Source of the DNA: an uncultured SAR116 cluster alpha proteobacterium
Lineage (GTDB): Bacteria > Pseudomonadota > Alphaproteobacteria > Puniceispirillales > GCA-002684695
Direction: 5' to 3'
Length of the DNA stretch: 64,000 bases
NCBI GenBank assembly: GCA_902522415.1
Contig: CABYVI010000001.1
Span: 9,067 to 73,066 of the forward strand
The notes beneath the pieces were generated by a model that ran no database searches, was not told the DNA's origin, and was given only the letters and a program-made list of their open reading frames with translations. The position numbers and the translations under genes were made by a program. The number at the start of each line of letters is the position of its first letter. Positions within the stretch are counted from its first letter, which is position 1. Positions 1 through 10,342 of this stretch are shown here, piece by piece.

Positions 1-665
1 AAAAAACAGTTGGTGACCGATGGCAAGAAACTACTGGTTGCTTAATGGTTGTTGGCTACGGTTTGTCAGAAACTGCACCTGCAGCATCTATAGATCCTGT
101 GGATGGTGACACATTTAGTGACACTATAGGTTTGCCAATACCTTCAACAGAAATGTCTATACAAGATGAAAAAGGTAAAATTTTATCTTCTGATAAGGAG
201 GGTGAAATATGCATCAGAGGTCCACAAGTAATGAGAGGATACTGGAATAATGAAGAAGACACCAAAAAAGCTCTAACTAAAGACGGTTGGTTTAAAACAG
301 GTGATATTGGAATTATGAGGAAAGATGGTTTTTTCAAAATAGTTGATAGAAAAAAAGATATGATTATAGTATCGGGTTTCAATGTCTATCCAAGTGATAT
401 AGAAGAAGTCGCTATGAAACATGAAAAGGTTCTTGAAGCAGGTTGTATTGGAGTTGTTGGAGACGAGGGTCAAGAAGTTGTAAAACTATTTGTATCTTTA
501 AATGATGGCGCAACTTTAACTAAAGATGAGCTTATGCAGTTTTGTAGGCAAAATTTAACTGCTTATAAAGTTCCTAAATTACTTGAATTTGTTAATGAAA
601 TACCTAAGTCAAATGTAGGAAAAATACTTAGAAGAGAATTGAGGGAGATAAATAATAATGCTTAA
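1..665 (+). CDS. fadD: Long-chain fatty acid--CoA ligase (AMP-dependent synthetase), C-terminal part; 5' end lies upstream of the window
   Basis: Frame 3 is open from nt 3 (KTVGDRWQETTGCLMVVGYGLSETAP...), so the M at 45 is internal. It has adenylate-forming enzyme motifs GYGLSETAP, GWFKTGDIG, DRKKDMIIVSGFNVYPSDIEE and C-terminal PKSNVGKILRREL. Its stop overlaps the next start by 8 nt. Confidence 0.9.
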   Translation, partial: KTVGDRWQETTGCLMVVGYGLSETAPAASIDPVDGDTFSDTIGLPIPSTEMSIQDEKGKILSSDKEGEICIRGPQVMRGYWNNEEDTKKALTKDGWFKTGDIGIMRKDGFFKIVDRKKDMIIVSGFNVYPSDIEEVAMKHEKVLEAGCIGVVGDEGQEVVKLFVSLNDGATLTKDELMQFCRQNLTAYKVPKLLEFVNEIPKSNVGKILRRELREINNNA

Positions 666-1797
666 TGCTGTTATTGCTGGATATTCAAGATCGCCATTTA
701 CCATCTCCTTTAAGGGCGATCTGAAATCTATTAGGCCTGAAGATTTATTATCACAAGTAATTAAAGATTTAATATCTAATTCAAATTTAAATAAAGATGA
801 TATTGAGGATGTAATAGTTGGATGTGCTTTTCCAGAAGGGGAGCAGGGCTTTAATATAGGAAAAGTCGTAACATTTATGTGTGACCTTCCCAGAAGTGTT
901 GCCGGTATGACTGTTAATAGGTGGTGTGGTTCGTCTATGCAATCTATACATAATGCCGCTGGGTCAATTGCTATGGGTTCAGGAAAAGTTTTTATATGTG
1001 CTGGTGTTGAAAGTATGACAAGAGTCCCAATGCTAGGTTTTAATCCTATGCCTCATCCAGATTTGCTTAAAGAAAATCCAAATGTATATATATCTATGGG
1101 AATTACAGCCGAAAATGTAGCGAAAAAATATAACATTGATAGGGCTGAGCAACAAGAATTTGCTATATCAAGTCATGAAAAAGCTTTTAATGCTGACAAA
1201 AATGGTAATTTTAAGGATGAAATAACCATAATACATAATCAAAATAATGAAGTTTCAAAAGATGGAGGAATTAGAGCTGGTACCACCCAAGATATCTTAA
1301 ATGGTCTAAAGCTAGCTTTTGATAATAAAGGAACTGTTACAGCTGGAACTTCATCGCCATTAACGGATGGTGCTGCTGCCACACTGATATGTGAAGAAGA
1401 ATACGCAAAGAAAAATAATTTAGACATTTTAGCTAGAATAAAGTCATCTGCTGTAAATGGATGTGAACCTGAGGTTATGGGGTTAGGCCCAATTGGAGCG
1501 TCAAAAAAAGCATTAAATAGAGCAGGTATTAATTCTTCTGAATTAGATGTTATTGAACTTAATGAAGCGTTTGCATCACAGAGTTTGGCGTGTGTTAAAG
1601 ATTTAGAATTAGATCCGAAAAACGTTAATATTGATGGCGGAGCTATTGCTTTAGGCCATCCCTTAGGTGCAACGGGTGCAAGAATTACTGGAAAAGCAGC
1701 TCAATTGCTTAGACGTGAGGGAAAAAAATATGCCTTAGCTACTCAATGTATTGGTTTGGGTCAAGGTATAGCAACAGTACTTGAAACAGTTGAGTAA
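658..1797 (+). CDS. fadA: Acetyl-CoA C-acyltransferase (3-ketoacyl-CoA thiolase)
   Basis: 379 aa. It has thiolase motifs NRWCGSSMQ (acyl-enzyme Cys), NEAFASQ, GHPLGATGARI and CIGLGQG near the C-terminus. It sits in an operon with other beta-oxidation genes. Confidence 0.9.
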   Translation: MLNAVIAGYSRSPFTISFKGDLKSIRPEDLLSQVIKDLISNSNLNKDDIEDVIVGCAFPEGEQGFNIGKVVTFMCDLPRSVAGMTVNRWCGSSMQSIHNAAGSIAMGSGKVFICAGVESMTRVPMLGFNPMPHPDLLKENPNVYISMGITAENVAKKYNIDRAEQQEFAISSHEKAFNADKNGNFKDEITIIHNQNNEVSKDGGIRAGTTQDILNGLKLAFDNKGTVTAGTSSPLTDGAAATLICEEEYAKKNNLDILARIKSSAVNGCEPEVMGLGPIGASKKALNRAGINSSELDVIELNEAFASQSLACVKDLELDPKNVNIDGGAIALGHPLGATGARITGKAAQLLRREGKKYALATQCIGLGQGIATVLETVE

Positions 1798-1800
1798 TTT

Positions 1801-4125
1801 ATGATTAATAAAGTAACTGTTATTGGCTCTGGATTAATGGGTGCAGGGATTGCAGCCCATTTATCAAATGCTGGGATAGAAGTTTTACTGTTAGACGTTC
1901 TTGATAAAAATTCCAAAAATAGAAATAATATAGCTGATGAAGCTCTAAAAAAACTTACTAAAATTAAACCTTCTCCACTAACATTATCTAAAAACATAGA
2001 GTTAATAAGAAGTGGTAATATAGAAGATCACTTAAAACTTATAAATGAAAGTGATTGGGTTATTGAGGTTATAATTGAAGATCTAAATATAAAGCAAAAT
2101 TTATACGAAAAGATAGAGCGTATAATGAGCGATGATTTAATAATTTCATCAAATACTTCAACAATTCCAATAAAAAAACTTGTAGAAGGCAGGAATAAAA
2201 AATTTAGATCAAACTTTTTTGTAACTCATTTTTTTAATCCTCCCAGATATCTTAAATTACTTGAAATTGTATCTTCAAAAGATAGCAATTCAAATTTTAA
2301 AAATATTTTAAGTAATTTTTGTGATGTAAAATTAGGTAAAACTGTTATTGATTGCAAAGATACTCCTGGGTTTATTGGCAACAGAATAGGCGTATTTTGG
2401 ATGATGTCTGCATCATTAAAAGCCATTGAAATGGGTCTAAGTGTCGAGGAAGCTGACTTAATCATCTCTTCTGTTTTTGGTGCTCCTAAAACAGGTGTTT
2501 TTGGGTTGCTTGACGTTGTTGGTTTGGATTTAATGCCGCATGTATTATCATCTATGACTGATAACTTAGATAGTGGTGATGAGTATCATTTATACAAAAA
2601 CATCCCCGAAATATTTAATTACATGCTTGAAAATAAGTTAATTGGAAGAAAGGGCTCCGGAGGTTTTTATAAACTAGAGATAGTGGATGGAAGAAAAATT
2701 AAAAAATCAATAGACTTATCTACTAAAGTGTACTCTGAGAGTATAAAACCAAAAATAGAGAGTTTAAAACTAGTTAAGAAAAATTTAAGTAGTTTCTTAG
2801 AGTTAAATGAGAACTATTCAAAATATGCTTGGGCTGTTTTATCGGATGTCATTTTATATACCTTAAACCACACATCAGATATTTCTAATGACATAGTTTC
2901 AGTTGATAGTGCAATGAAAAATGGTTTTGGTCTTCAGTTTGGGCCATTTGAATTATTAGATAAACTTGGTAAAACATGGATTATAGAAAAACTGTCCATG
3001 GATAGTTTTTCTATACCTTCTTTATTAGAAAATCTTCCAGAGGAAAAATTTTATAAAGCAGATGAAGGAAAATTAAAATTTTTTAATTTTACTAAGGGTG
3101 TTTTTGAAAACCTTGAAAGGCCAAATGGAGTGCTCATTCTTTCAGATATTAAAAAATCAAATAAACCAATTGATAAGATTTCAACAGCCAGTCTCTGGGA
3201 TATCGGAGATGGAGTAACTGTATTTGAAATTCATAGTCGAGGTAATTCTATAGACATGAATACCATGCAATTTTTGAATAAATCTATTGATATTGTCGAT
3301 GCATCATATAAAGCCATGGTTATTTACAATGAAGGAGCAATGTTTTCAGCGGGTGCAAATGTTGGTGAAGCTCTATTTCTTGGAAATATTGGTCTTGAAA
3401 CTGAGTTAGTTGATAAGATTGTTGAAGGTGGACAAAAGGTTTACCAAAAACTGAAATATTCAAAATTCCCTGTAATTTCGGCTCCCTCTGGGATGGCTCT
3501 GGGTGGTGGATGTGAATTGCTATTACATTCTAATTTTGTACAAGCCCATGTAGAAACATACATAGGACTTACTGAAGCCGCTTTAGGAATTTGCCCTGCT
3601 TGGGGAGGATGTAAAGAATTAATATATAGATTTAATAATTCTAATTCAATGCCTAAAGGCCCAATGCCTTCAATAATGAAAGCCTTTCAAACTATTGGAT
3701 TAGCAAAAACCTCAACTTCTGGTCCAGAAGCTAAAGAAATTGGTTTTTTGACCGAAAATGATGGAATTACAATGAATAGAGATAGATTATTATATGATGC
3801 TAAAATGGTAGCAATAGAAATGATCAAGAAATATAAACCACCAGAAAAACCAGTATATAGACTGCCAGGAAGTACAGCTTATTCAGCTATAGAAATTGGC
3901 CTTAATGGAATGGAGGATGCTGGACAAATTTCAGCTCATGATAAGTTTATAGGAAAACAAATAGCAAATGTTCTGTCTGGTGGTGAAACTGACATTATAG
4001 ATGAAGTCGATGAAGATTATATTTTAAAACTTGAATCAAAGGCAATTCAAGCTTTGTTTCGAGAACCAAAGTCACAGGAAAGAATTGAAAAATTATTAGA
4101 AACAGGAAAAATAATAAGGAATTAA
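1801..4125 (+). CDS. Bifunctional 3-hydroxyacyl-CoA dehydrogenase / enoyl-CoA hydratase, with the dehydrogenase domain N-terminal (FadN-like order)
   Basis: 774 aa. The N-terminal Rossmann motif VIGSGLMGAGIA is followed by an HADH-like region (TSTIPI, FFNPPRYLKLLE). The C-terminal half has crotonase-fold motifs (FSAGANVGE, ALGGGCELLLHS). It starts 4 nt after the thiolase stop. Confidence 0.85.
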   Translation: MINKVTVIGSGLMGAGIAAHLSNAGIEVLLLDVLDKNSKNRNNIADEALKKLTKIKPSPLTLSKNIELIRSGNIEDHLKLINESDWVIEVIIEDLNIKQNLYEKIERIMSDDLIISSNTSTIPIKKLVEGRNKKFRSNFFVTHFFNPPRYLKLLEIVSSKDSNSNFKNILSNFCDVKLGKTVIDCKDTPGFIGNRIGVFWMMSASLKAIEMGLSVEEADLIISSVFGAPKTGVFGLLDVVGLDLMPHVLSSMTDNLDSGDEYHLYKNIPEIFNYMLENKLIGRKGSGGFYKLEIVDGRKIKKSIDLSTKVYSESIKPKIESLKLVKKNLSSFLELNENYSKYAWAVLSDVILYTLNHTSDISNDIVSVDSAMKNGFGLQFGPFELLDKLGKTWIIEKLSMDSFSIPSLLENLPEEKFYKADEGKLKFFNFTKGVFENLERPNGVLILSDIKKSNKPIDKISTASLWDIGDGVTVFEIHSRGNSIDMNTMQFLNKSIDIVDASYKAMVIYNEGAMFSAGANVGEALFLGNIGLETELVDKIVEGGQKVYQKLKYSKFPVISAPSGMALGGGCELLLHSNFVQAHVETYIGLTEAALGICPAWGGCKELIYRFNNSNSMPKGPMPSIMKAFQTIGLAKTSTSGPEAKEIGFLTENDGITMNRDRLLYDAKMVAIEMIKKYKPPEKPVYRLPGSTAYSAIEIGLNGMEDAGQISAHDKFIGKQIANVLSGGETDIIDEVDEDYILKLESKAIQALFREPKSQERIEKLLETGKIIRN

Positions 4126-4140
4126 TTTTAGGAGTTAGTA

Positions 4141-5940
4141 ATGCAGTCTTATAGTGCACCTTTAAATGACATGAAATTTATTTTAAAAGATTTTCTAAGC
4201 TCAGAGCACTCAGAAAAAATCTTAAATAATAGTGAATTTAATCTTGATGACTTTAATTTTATTTTAGAAGAAAGTTCAAAATTTTGTGAAGACATTCTGC
4301 TTCCACTTAATCAGTCTGGTGACAAAGAGGGGTGTACTTTTGATAATGGAAAAGTCAAAACTCCCAAAGGTTTCAAAGAAGCATATAAACAATTTGTTGA
4401 GAATGGATGGCAAAGCGCTGCACTTGATCAAAAGTACGGTGGACAAGGTCTTCCGTATATATTTAATGTTTTTTTTGATGAAATGATTACGTCTTCCAAT
4501 ATGGGTTTTGGCAATTATCCCGGTTTAACAGGAAATGCTTTTGAGGCTATTAAAAAAAGTGCCTCAGACGAATTAAAAGATCTCTATTTACCAAAAATGG
4601 CCACAGGCGAGTGGTCAGGTACAATGAACCTAACTGAGCCACAATGTGGCACAGATTTGGGTTTGAGTAAGGCTATGGCAACACCCCAAGACGATGGCTC
4701 ATATAAATTAACAGGCACAAAAATATTCATTACCGGAGGTGAGCAAGATTTAAGTGAAAATATCATCCATCTAGTTTTAGCTAGAACCCCTAACGCTCCA
4801 AAAGGCATAAAGGGAATTAGTCTATTTCTGGTTCCAAAAATCATACCAAATAAAGATGGATCTTTAGGTGAAACCAATACTCTAAGTTGTGGCTCAATTG
4901 AAGAAAAAATGGGGATTAAATCTAGTTCAACATGTGTAATGCACTATAGTGAAGCTAAGAGTTGGTTGGTTGGAGATCTTAATAAAGGCATGAAAGCAAT
5001 GTTTATTATGATGAATGGAGCTAGGCTGATGGTTGGTGTTCAAGGATTGGGAATGTCTGAGGTGTCATATCAATCTGCACTTTATTATGCAAAGGAGCGA
5101 CTTCAGGGACGATCCCTTAAAGGAATTAAAAATCCTGAAATGCCAGCAGATCCAATTATTGTTCATCCAGATGTAAGAAAGACATTACTTAAGATGAAAT
5201 CTCTCAATGAGGGAATACGAGGTCTTGTTGCATTTACAGCTTTACAAGTAGATATTGCTAAAACTGAAAAAGATAAATTCAAAAAACAGAGAGCTGATGA
5301 TTGGGTAGCTTTAATGACGCCTATAATAAAAGCATATGCTACTGATATTGGGTCTGAATCAGCAAATCTAGCCGTACAAATGTATGGTGGACACGGTTTT
5401 ATTAAAGATCATGGAGTAGAACAATTTGTTAGAGATGCAAGAATTGCACAGTTGTATGAGGGTACAAATGGTATACAAGCATTAGATCTTGTCGGGAGAA
5501 AATTACCTATGCACAATGGTCGATTGTTAAAAAGTTTCTTTCATCTTGTTAAAGAATATATTGAAGAAAATGCTTTTAATTATAATCTTAAAGAAATTAT
5601 GCCTCATCTCATGAAATCTTTTAATCGATTGCAACAAACAACCGCATTTATAGCTTCAAAAGGATTATCAGATCCTGAAGAGGGTGCTGGGCCAGCGACA
5701 GATTATTTAAGAATGTTTGCCCTAACATCACTTGCATATGTTTGGGTAAATTATATAGATATTGCTCACAGAAAAATGAATGACGACCCTAAAGGGTTTT
5801 ATAAAGCAAAGATTGCAACAGGTACATTTTTTCTAAATAAAGTTTTACCAGAAACAGGTTCGTTAATGTCAAGTATAATGTCAGGAGCTTCTTCGTATAC
5901 AAAATATGATAATGAATTTTTTGAGAGTAGTTTTTCTTAA
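4141..5940 (+). CDS. Acyl-CoA dehydrogenase, long form with extra C-terminal domain
   Basis: 599 aa. ACAD-like segments include TEPQCGTDLG, GEWSGTMNLTEP, KIFITGGE and QMYGGHGFIKDHGVEQFVRDARIAQLYEGTNGIQ. A roughly 150-aa C-terminal extension is typical of the FadE/AidB-like long ACADs. Confidence 0.85.
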   Translation: MQSYSAPLNDMKFILKDFLSSEHSEKILNNSEFNLDDFNFILEESSKFCEDILLPLNQSGDKEGCTFDNGKVKTPKGFKEAYKQFVENGWQSAALDQKYGGQGLPYIFNVFFDEMITSSNMGFGNYPGLTGNAFEAIKKSASDELKDLYLPKMATGEWSGTMNLTEPQCGTDLGLSKAMATPQDDGSYKLTGTKIFITGGEQDLSENIIHLVLARTPNAPKGIKGISLFLVPKIIPNKDGSLGETNTLSCGSIEEKMGIKSSSTCVMHYSEAKSWLVGDLNKGMKAMFIMMNGARLMVGVQGLGMSEVSYQSALYYAKERLQGRSLKGIKNPEMPADPIIVHPDVRKTLLKMKSLNEGIRGLVAFTALQVDIAKTEKDKFKKQRADDWVALMTPIIKAYATDIGSESANLAVQMYGGHGFIKDHGVEQFVRDARIAQLYEGTNGIQALDLVGRKLPMHNGRLLKSFFHLVKEYIEENAFNYNLKEIMPHLMKSFNRLQQTTAFIASKGLSDPEEGAGPATDYLRMFALTSLAYVWVNYIDIAHRKMNDDPKGFYKAKIATGTFFLNKVLPETGSLMSSIMSGASSYTKYDNEFFESSFS

Positions 5941-6012
5941 ATTATATAAGTTTGACTTTTACTACAAAAAGCGTAATTGTTCACTTTATACTAAATTTTA
6001 GTTGATTATCTT

Positions 6013-7224
6013 ATGATACAAAATCTGATTTTTGATAAGCGTTTTAGATCAATTGCATTTCAAATAATTCTTTTTTTTGCAGTATTATTTCTTTTTTATT
6101 GGTTTGCACAAAATGCTTCTGACAATATTACTGCTAGAGGAGATAAATTTGGATTTGATTTTTTAAATAATTCTTCAGGCTTTAGTATTCTCCCAACTTT
6201 AGGTACTTGGCTTTTTGATTATCAGGTGGGTAAATCAACTTATTTAGATGTTTTCTTTATAGGCATAGTAAATACACTAGTAATTGCGTTTACAGGTATT
6301 TTTGCGACTACGATTTTAGGTTTTTTAATTGGTATTTTTAGACTATCTAATAATATCGTTTTGAAATTCTTTTCCTCAGTTTACGTTGAAATGTTCAGAA
6401 ATATACCCTTACTTATTCACTTATTTTTTTGGTATTTTGCAGTACTAAGAGCTGTTCCTGGTAAGAGAGAAAAAATTGATGTTCTTGGATCCTATGCAGG
6501 AATTAATGTTACAGGTTTGTATATTCCAAAACCTCTCTTCTTTGAGGGCTCTGGAGTATTTTTAATATCAATATTAATTTCTATAACATTAGCTTTTATA
6601 ATGGGTTCCTATGCTTCAAAGTTGAGAAAAGATACTGGCCAACAATTACCTGTATTTCAAATTAATTTAGGTATAATTTTTATTATACCTCTGATTACTT
6701 TTGCTTTTTTGACATTAAAATCGGGCTATCCAATTGAATTACAAGTCCCTGAGTTTAAAACTGATGGACCAAAATTAAAGCAAGGTTTTTCTAAAAATGC
6801 TGGAATGAGTGTTCATCCAGAAATGATTGCTTTATGGTTGGCATTAGTTTTGTATACCGCTGCATTTATAGCTGAAATTGTTAGGGCTGGAATAACGGCA
6901 ATACATAAAGGGCAAACAGAGGCATCTTTAGCTACTGGCATGACAAAATCTAATACGCTAAGATTAATTATAATACCTCAAGCTTTACGAGTTATAGTTC
7001 CACCATTAACATCACAATATTTAAACCTTACTAAAAATTCATCATTAGCTGTAGCCATTGCCTATCCTGAACTAGTATCAGTATTTGCCGGCACAGCATT
7101 AAATCAAGTTGGACGTGAAATTGAAATGATTTTTATGATGGCATTAGTATACCTTACTTTTAGTCTCATAACATCATTATTTATGAATTGGTTTAACTAC
7201 AGAATAAAATTAGTGGAAAGATAA
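6013..7224 (+). CDS. aapQ: General L-amino acid ABC transporter permease (AapQ/YhdX type)
   Basis: 403 aa polytopic membrane protein. The C-terminal region has the polar amino acid permease EAA-like loop (AAFIAEIVRAGITAIHKGQTEAS..LRLIIIPQALRVIVPPLTSQYLNLTKNSSLA). Its stop overlaps the next ATG by 1 nt. Confidence 0.8.
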   Translation: MIQNLIFDKRFRSIAFQIILFFAVLFLFYWFAQNASDNITARGDKFGFDFLNNSSGFSILPTLGTWLFDYQVGKSTYLDVFFIGIVNTLVIAFTGIFATTILGFLIGIFRLSNNIVLKFFSSVYVEMFRNIPLLIHLFFWYFAVLRAVPGKREKIDVLGSYAGINVTGLYIPKPLFFEGSGVFLISILISITLAFIMGSYASKLRKDTGQQLPVFQINLGIIFIIPLITFAFLTLKSGYPIELQVPEFKTDGPKLKQGFSKNAGMSVHPEMIALWLALVLYTAAFIAEIVRAGITAIHKGQTEASLATGMTKSNTLRLIIIPQALRVIVPPLTSQYLNLTKNSSLAVAIAYPELVSVFAGTALNQVGREIEMIFMMALVYLTFSLITSLFMNWFNYRIKLVER

Positions 7225-8606
7225 TGGAATCTAAATATTCATTTGTAAGAAAAGATATAGTCAACGAGCAACCTCCACCTCTTACTCAGGTTGGGGTTAC
7301 AGGATGGCTTTGGAGAAATTTATTCTCTTCAATGTCAAATTTTAATTCATTAACATCCTCAATTCTATCAATTTTGATGATACTATTAACTATTTGGTTA
7401 GTTTATTTTTGTGGCGGATTACTATATTCAGTTATTGATTTTGCAATTATTTCTGCTGTTTGGTCAGATCCTGATGGAATAAAAAGAAAAGTTTGTGCAA
7501 CTGTGAAGCAAGGTGGAGACCTGCCTGCAGATTGGTATGGCGCATGCTGGCCATTTATTTTTGCAAAAAAGAAATTCCTTATTTACGGAAGAATACCAAC
7601 AGAAGAACTATGGCGAGCAAATTTAATTTATGCAGGCCTTGTTTTAGGTATGGGCTATATCATCTGGGAAAAAGGACAGGGTAGGAAATGGGTTGGTTTG
7701 TTTATGTTGACTGTATTTCCTATTATTTCACTTATTTTACTTACTGGCGCTAATTTCAAAATAAATAATTCTTTATTCATTTCTACAGGAGTTTTATTTT
7801 TACTTTCATTTTTACTTGGATATTTTTCAAGCAGAAATTTTTTAGGAGAAGTTTTAGAACAATTTTCGATATTATTTAATTTTATATCATTAATACTATT
7901 TTCGTTTTTTGTTTTATTAGTATTATTTTCTATAGATTATGGCTTAGAACCAATAGACACACTAGATTGGGGTGGACTTCTTTTAACTCTTCTAATAGCA
8001 ATAACTGGGATAGTGGCCTCTCTTCCTTTTGGAGTTTTATTAGCTTTAGGAAGAAGGTCAAATATGCCTGTTGCTAGACTGCTATGTACAATGTTTATCG
8101 AATTTTGGAGAGGAATACCTCTGATAACTGTTTTATTTGCTGCTTCTGTTCTAATACCTTTATTTCTTCCTTCTGGGGCTGATGTAGATAAACTTTTAAG
8201 AGCTGTTATTGGTATAATTTTATTCTCCTCTGCATATATGGCCGAAGTTATCCGAGGGGGCTTGCAAGCCATACCAAGAGGTCAATATGAAAGTGCTTCT
8301 GCAGTTGGGCTGTCATACTCTCAGTCAATGAGATTTATAGTTTTACCACAAGCTCTAACACATGTCTTGCCAGGTATAGTTAATACTTTTATTGGTTTAT
8401 TTAAAGACACAACACTTGTCTCAATAATAGGAATATTTGAAGTTATGGGTATTTTTAGAGCTGCTTCTCAGGATGCTAATTGGGGTTCTCATGTACAACA
8501 TTCAACTAGTTATTTAGTAGCTGCGATTGTGTTCTTTGTTTTTTGTTTTGGTATGTCAAGATATTCAATTTACATTGAAAATAAACTCAGTAGAGATAAT
8601 AAGTAA
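7224..8606 (+). CDS. aapM: General L-amino acid ABC transporter permease (AapM/YhdY type)
   Basis: 460 aa. It is closely collinear with my recollection of E. coli YhdY (RNLFSS..N, DWGGLLLTLLIA, LALGRRSNMPV, FIEFWRGIPLITVLF, SAYMAEVIRGGLQAIPRGQYE, LPQAL, FKDTTLVSIIG, MSRYS). It carries extra predicted TM segments in the middle. Confidence 0.85.
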   Translation: MESKYSFVRKDIVNEQPPPLTQVGVTGWLWRNLFSSMSNFNSLTSSILSILMILLTIWLVYFCGGLLYSVIDFAIISAVWSDPDGIKRKVCATVKQGGDLPADWYGACWPFIFAKKKFLIYGRIPTEELWRANLIYAGLVLGMGYIIWEKGQGRKWVGLFMLTVFPIISLILLTGANFKINNSLFISTGVLFLLSFLLGYFSSRNFLGEVLEQFSILFNFISLILFSFFVLLVLFSIDYGLEPIDTLDWGGLLLTLLIAITGIVASLPFGVLLALGRRSNMPVARLLCTMFIEFWRGIPLITVLFAASVLIPLFLPSGADVDKLLRAVIGIILFSSAYMAEVIRGGLQAIPRGQYESASAVGLSYSQSMRFIVLPQALTHVLPGIVNTFIGLFKDTTLVSIIGIFEVMGIFRAASQDANWGSHVQHSTSYLVAAIVFFVFCFGMSRYSIYIENKLSRDNK

Positions 8607-8621
8607 TTTAGGAGATTTTTT

Positions 8622-9410
8622 ATGAATGCATCACAAGCAAAAACAAATGTTAAGTCTAAGATGAAAGTCTCCGACGAAGTTGTTATTGAAATTTCAAATA
8701 TGAATAAATGGTTTGGCCACTTTCATGTTTTGAGAGATATAGATCTAATTGTTAATAAAGGTGAAAGGATTGTCATTTGTGGGCCATCTGGGTCAGGTAA
8801 GTCAACATTAATAAGATGTATAAATCGCCTTGAGGAGCACCAAAAAGGAATAATTAAAGTAGACGATGTTGAGTTAAATGATGATGTAAAAAAAATTGAT
8901 AAAATTAGAAGTGAAGTTGGAATGGTATTTCAGTCTTTTAATTTGTTTCCTCATCTTTCAGCTCTAGAAAATTGTACATTGGCCCCAATTTGGGTAAGGA
9001 AAATGCCAAAAAAAGACGCAGAAGAATTGGCAATGAAATACTTAGAAATTGTAAAAATTCCTGAACAGGCTCTAAAGTATCCTGGTCAATTATCTGGTGG
9101 TCAACAGCAAAGAGTTGCAATTGCTCGGGCTTTATGTATGGAGCCAAAAATTATGTTATTTGATGAGCCAACATCAGCCTTAGACCCTGAAATGATAAAA
9201 GAGGTTTTAGACACAATGATTGAACTTGCTGAAGATGGTATGACAATGATTGTTGTAACTCATGAAATGGGTTTTGCAAGTAAGGTAGCTAACAGAGTAA
9301 TATTTATGGATGAGGGGCAAATTATTGAACAAAATTCTCCAAAAGAATTTTTTAATAATCCAAAATCTGACAGAACAAAATTATTTTTAAGTCAAATTAT
9401 TGATCATTAA
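8622..9410 (+). CDS. aapP: Amino acid ABC transporter ATP-binding protein (AapP/YhdZ type)
   Basis: 262 aa. It has Walker [11 protein letters not shown]-loop FQSFNLFPH, signature [15 protein letters not shown], Walker [14 protein letters not shown] and H-loop VTHEM. Confidence 0.9.
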   Translation: MNASQAKTNVKSKMKVSDEVVIEISNMNKWFGHFHVLRDIDLIVNKGERIVICGPSGSGKSTLIRCINRLEEHQKGIIKVDDVELNDDVKKIDKIRSEVGMVFQSFNLFPHLSALENCTLAPIWVRKMPKKDAEELAMKYLEIVKIPEQALKYPGQLSGGQQQRVAIARALCMEPKIMLFDEPTSALDPEMIKEVLDTMIELAEDGMTMIVVTHEMGFASKVANRVIFMDEGQIIEQNSPKEFFNNPKSDRTKLFLSQIIDH

Positions 9411-10255
9411 ATTTCTACTGGTGTATCTTCTCGAGACCCCCATTCACTCCAGCTACCATCATATACTTTTACATTTTTAAATCCTAGTGAATTAGCTGCT
9501 AGTGCAAGACCGCATGCAGTAACACCTGATCCACATGTCATTACTAATTCAGAATCTTTATCAGTTAAACCAATGGTTGTAAAAATTACATTTATTTCAT
9601 CGATTGATTTTAGACAATTAGTATTTTTATCAATAATAGATGATATTGGTATATTCAATGATGAAGGAATGTGCCCACTTTTTATTCCTGCTCTAGGTTC
9701 TTTAACTTTTGCAAAAAATCTATCTTCTCCCCTTGCATCAATTACAATTTTATTTTTATCACTTTCAAGATCACTCAAAATATTACCCAATGTATCATAT
9801 AACCTTAAGTTTTTCTTATTTGCAAGGTAAGCAGTTTCCTTAGTTTGGCTTTTTTCATTGGAAGTGGGGCCACCACAGTTTAGCCATGCTTTTAACCCGC
9901 CATCAATAATTTTTATATTATTATGACCAAAAATTTTAAACATCCACCATGCTCTAGCAGATGAAAAGAAAATACTATTATCGTAAACAACAACAGTATC
10001 ATCATTTTTAATGCCTAAGGAGCTTACCATTTTAGAAAAATATTTTTCATCAGGAAGCATATGCGGCAAGCTAGATTTTTTATCTGAAATTTGATCAATA
10101 TCAAAAAAACTTGCATAAGGTATATGCTGATTGTTAAATTCACCTTTTGCATTTCTTCCAGAATTTGGTAGATGAAATGTAGCATCTAGAAAAACAGTAT
10201 TTGGTTTTAAAAATAAATTATCTAAAGCAAATTTTGCTGAAATTAATTCTTGCAT
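9407..10255 (-). CDS. sseA: 3-mercaptopyruvate sulfurtransferase (tandem rhodanese)
   Basis: 282 aa with two rhodanese domains. The active-site loop CGSGVTAC is the 3-MST type (CG[ST]GVTA) rather than the thiosulfate type CRKGVTA. The gene is convergent with aapP, with a 4-nt overlap. Confidence 0.85.
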   Translation of the reverse strand: MQELISAKFALDNLFLKPNTVFLDATFHLPNSGRNAKGEFNNQHIPYASFFDIDQISDKKSSLPHMLPDEKYFSKMVSSLGIKNDDTVVVYDNSIFFSSARAWWMFKIFGHNNIKIIDGGLKAWLNCGGPTSNEKSQTKETAYLANKKNLRLYDTLGNILSDLESDKNKIVIDARGEDRFFAKVKEPRAGIKSGHIPSSLNIPISSIIDKNTNCLKSIDEINVIFTTIGLTDKDSELVMTCGSGVTACGLALAANSLGFKNVKVYDGSWSEWGSREDTPVEI

Positions 10256-10342
10256 TTAAACTCCTAAAATAAATTACTGACAATTTTATAATTCTTAATT
10301 ATGTTAGTCCTAATTACTATTAAACAAGTTAATTTATGTAAA

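Noticed and set aside
5941-6012. Sigma70-like hexamers in spacers, such as TTGACT at 5952-5957, TTGACT at 14074-14079 and TTGACTTTATAAT near 21259.
   Set aside because: Spacing to any -10-like hexamer is wrong or the -10 is poor. AT-rich sequence generates many false -10 matches, so I cannot support promoter calls without transcript data.
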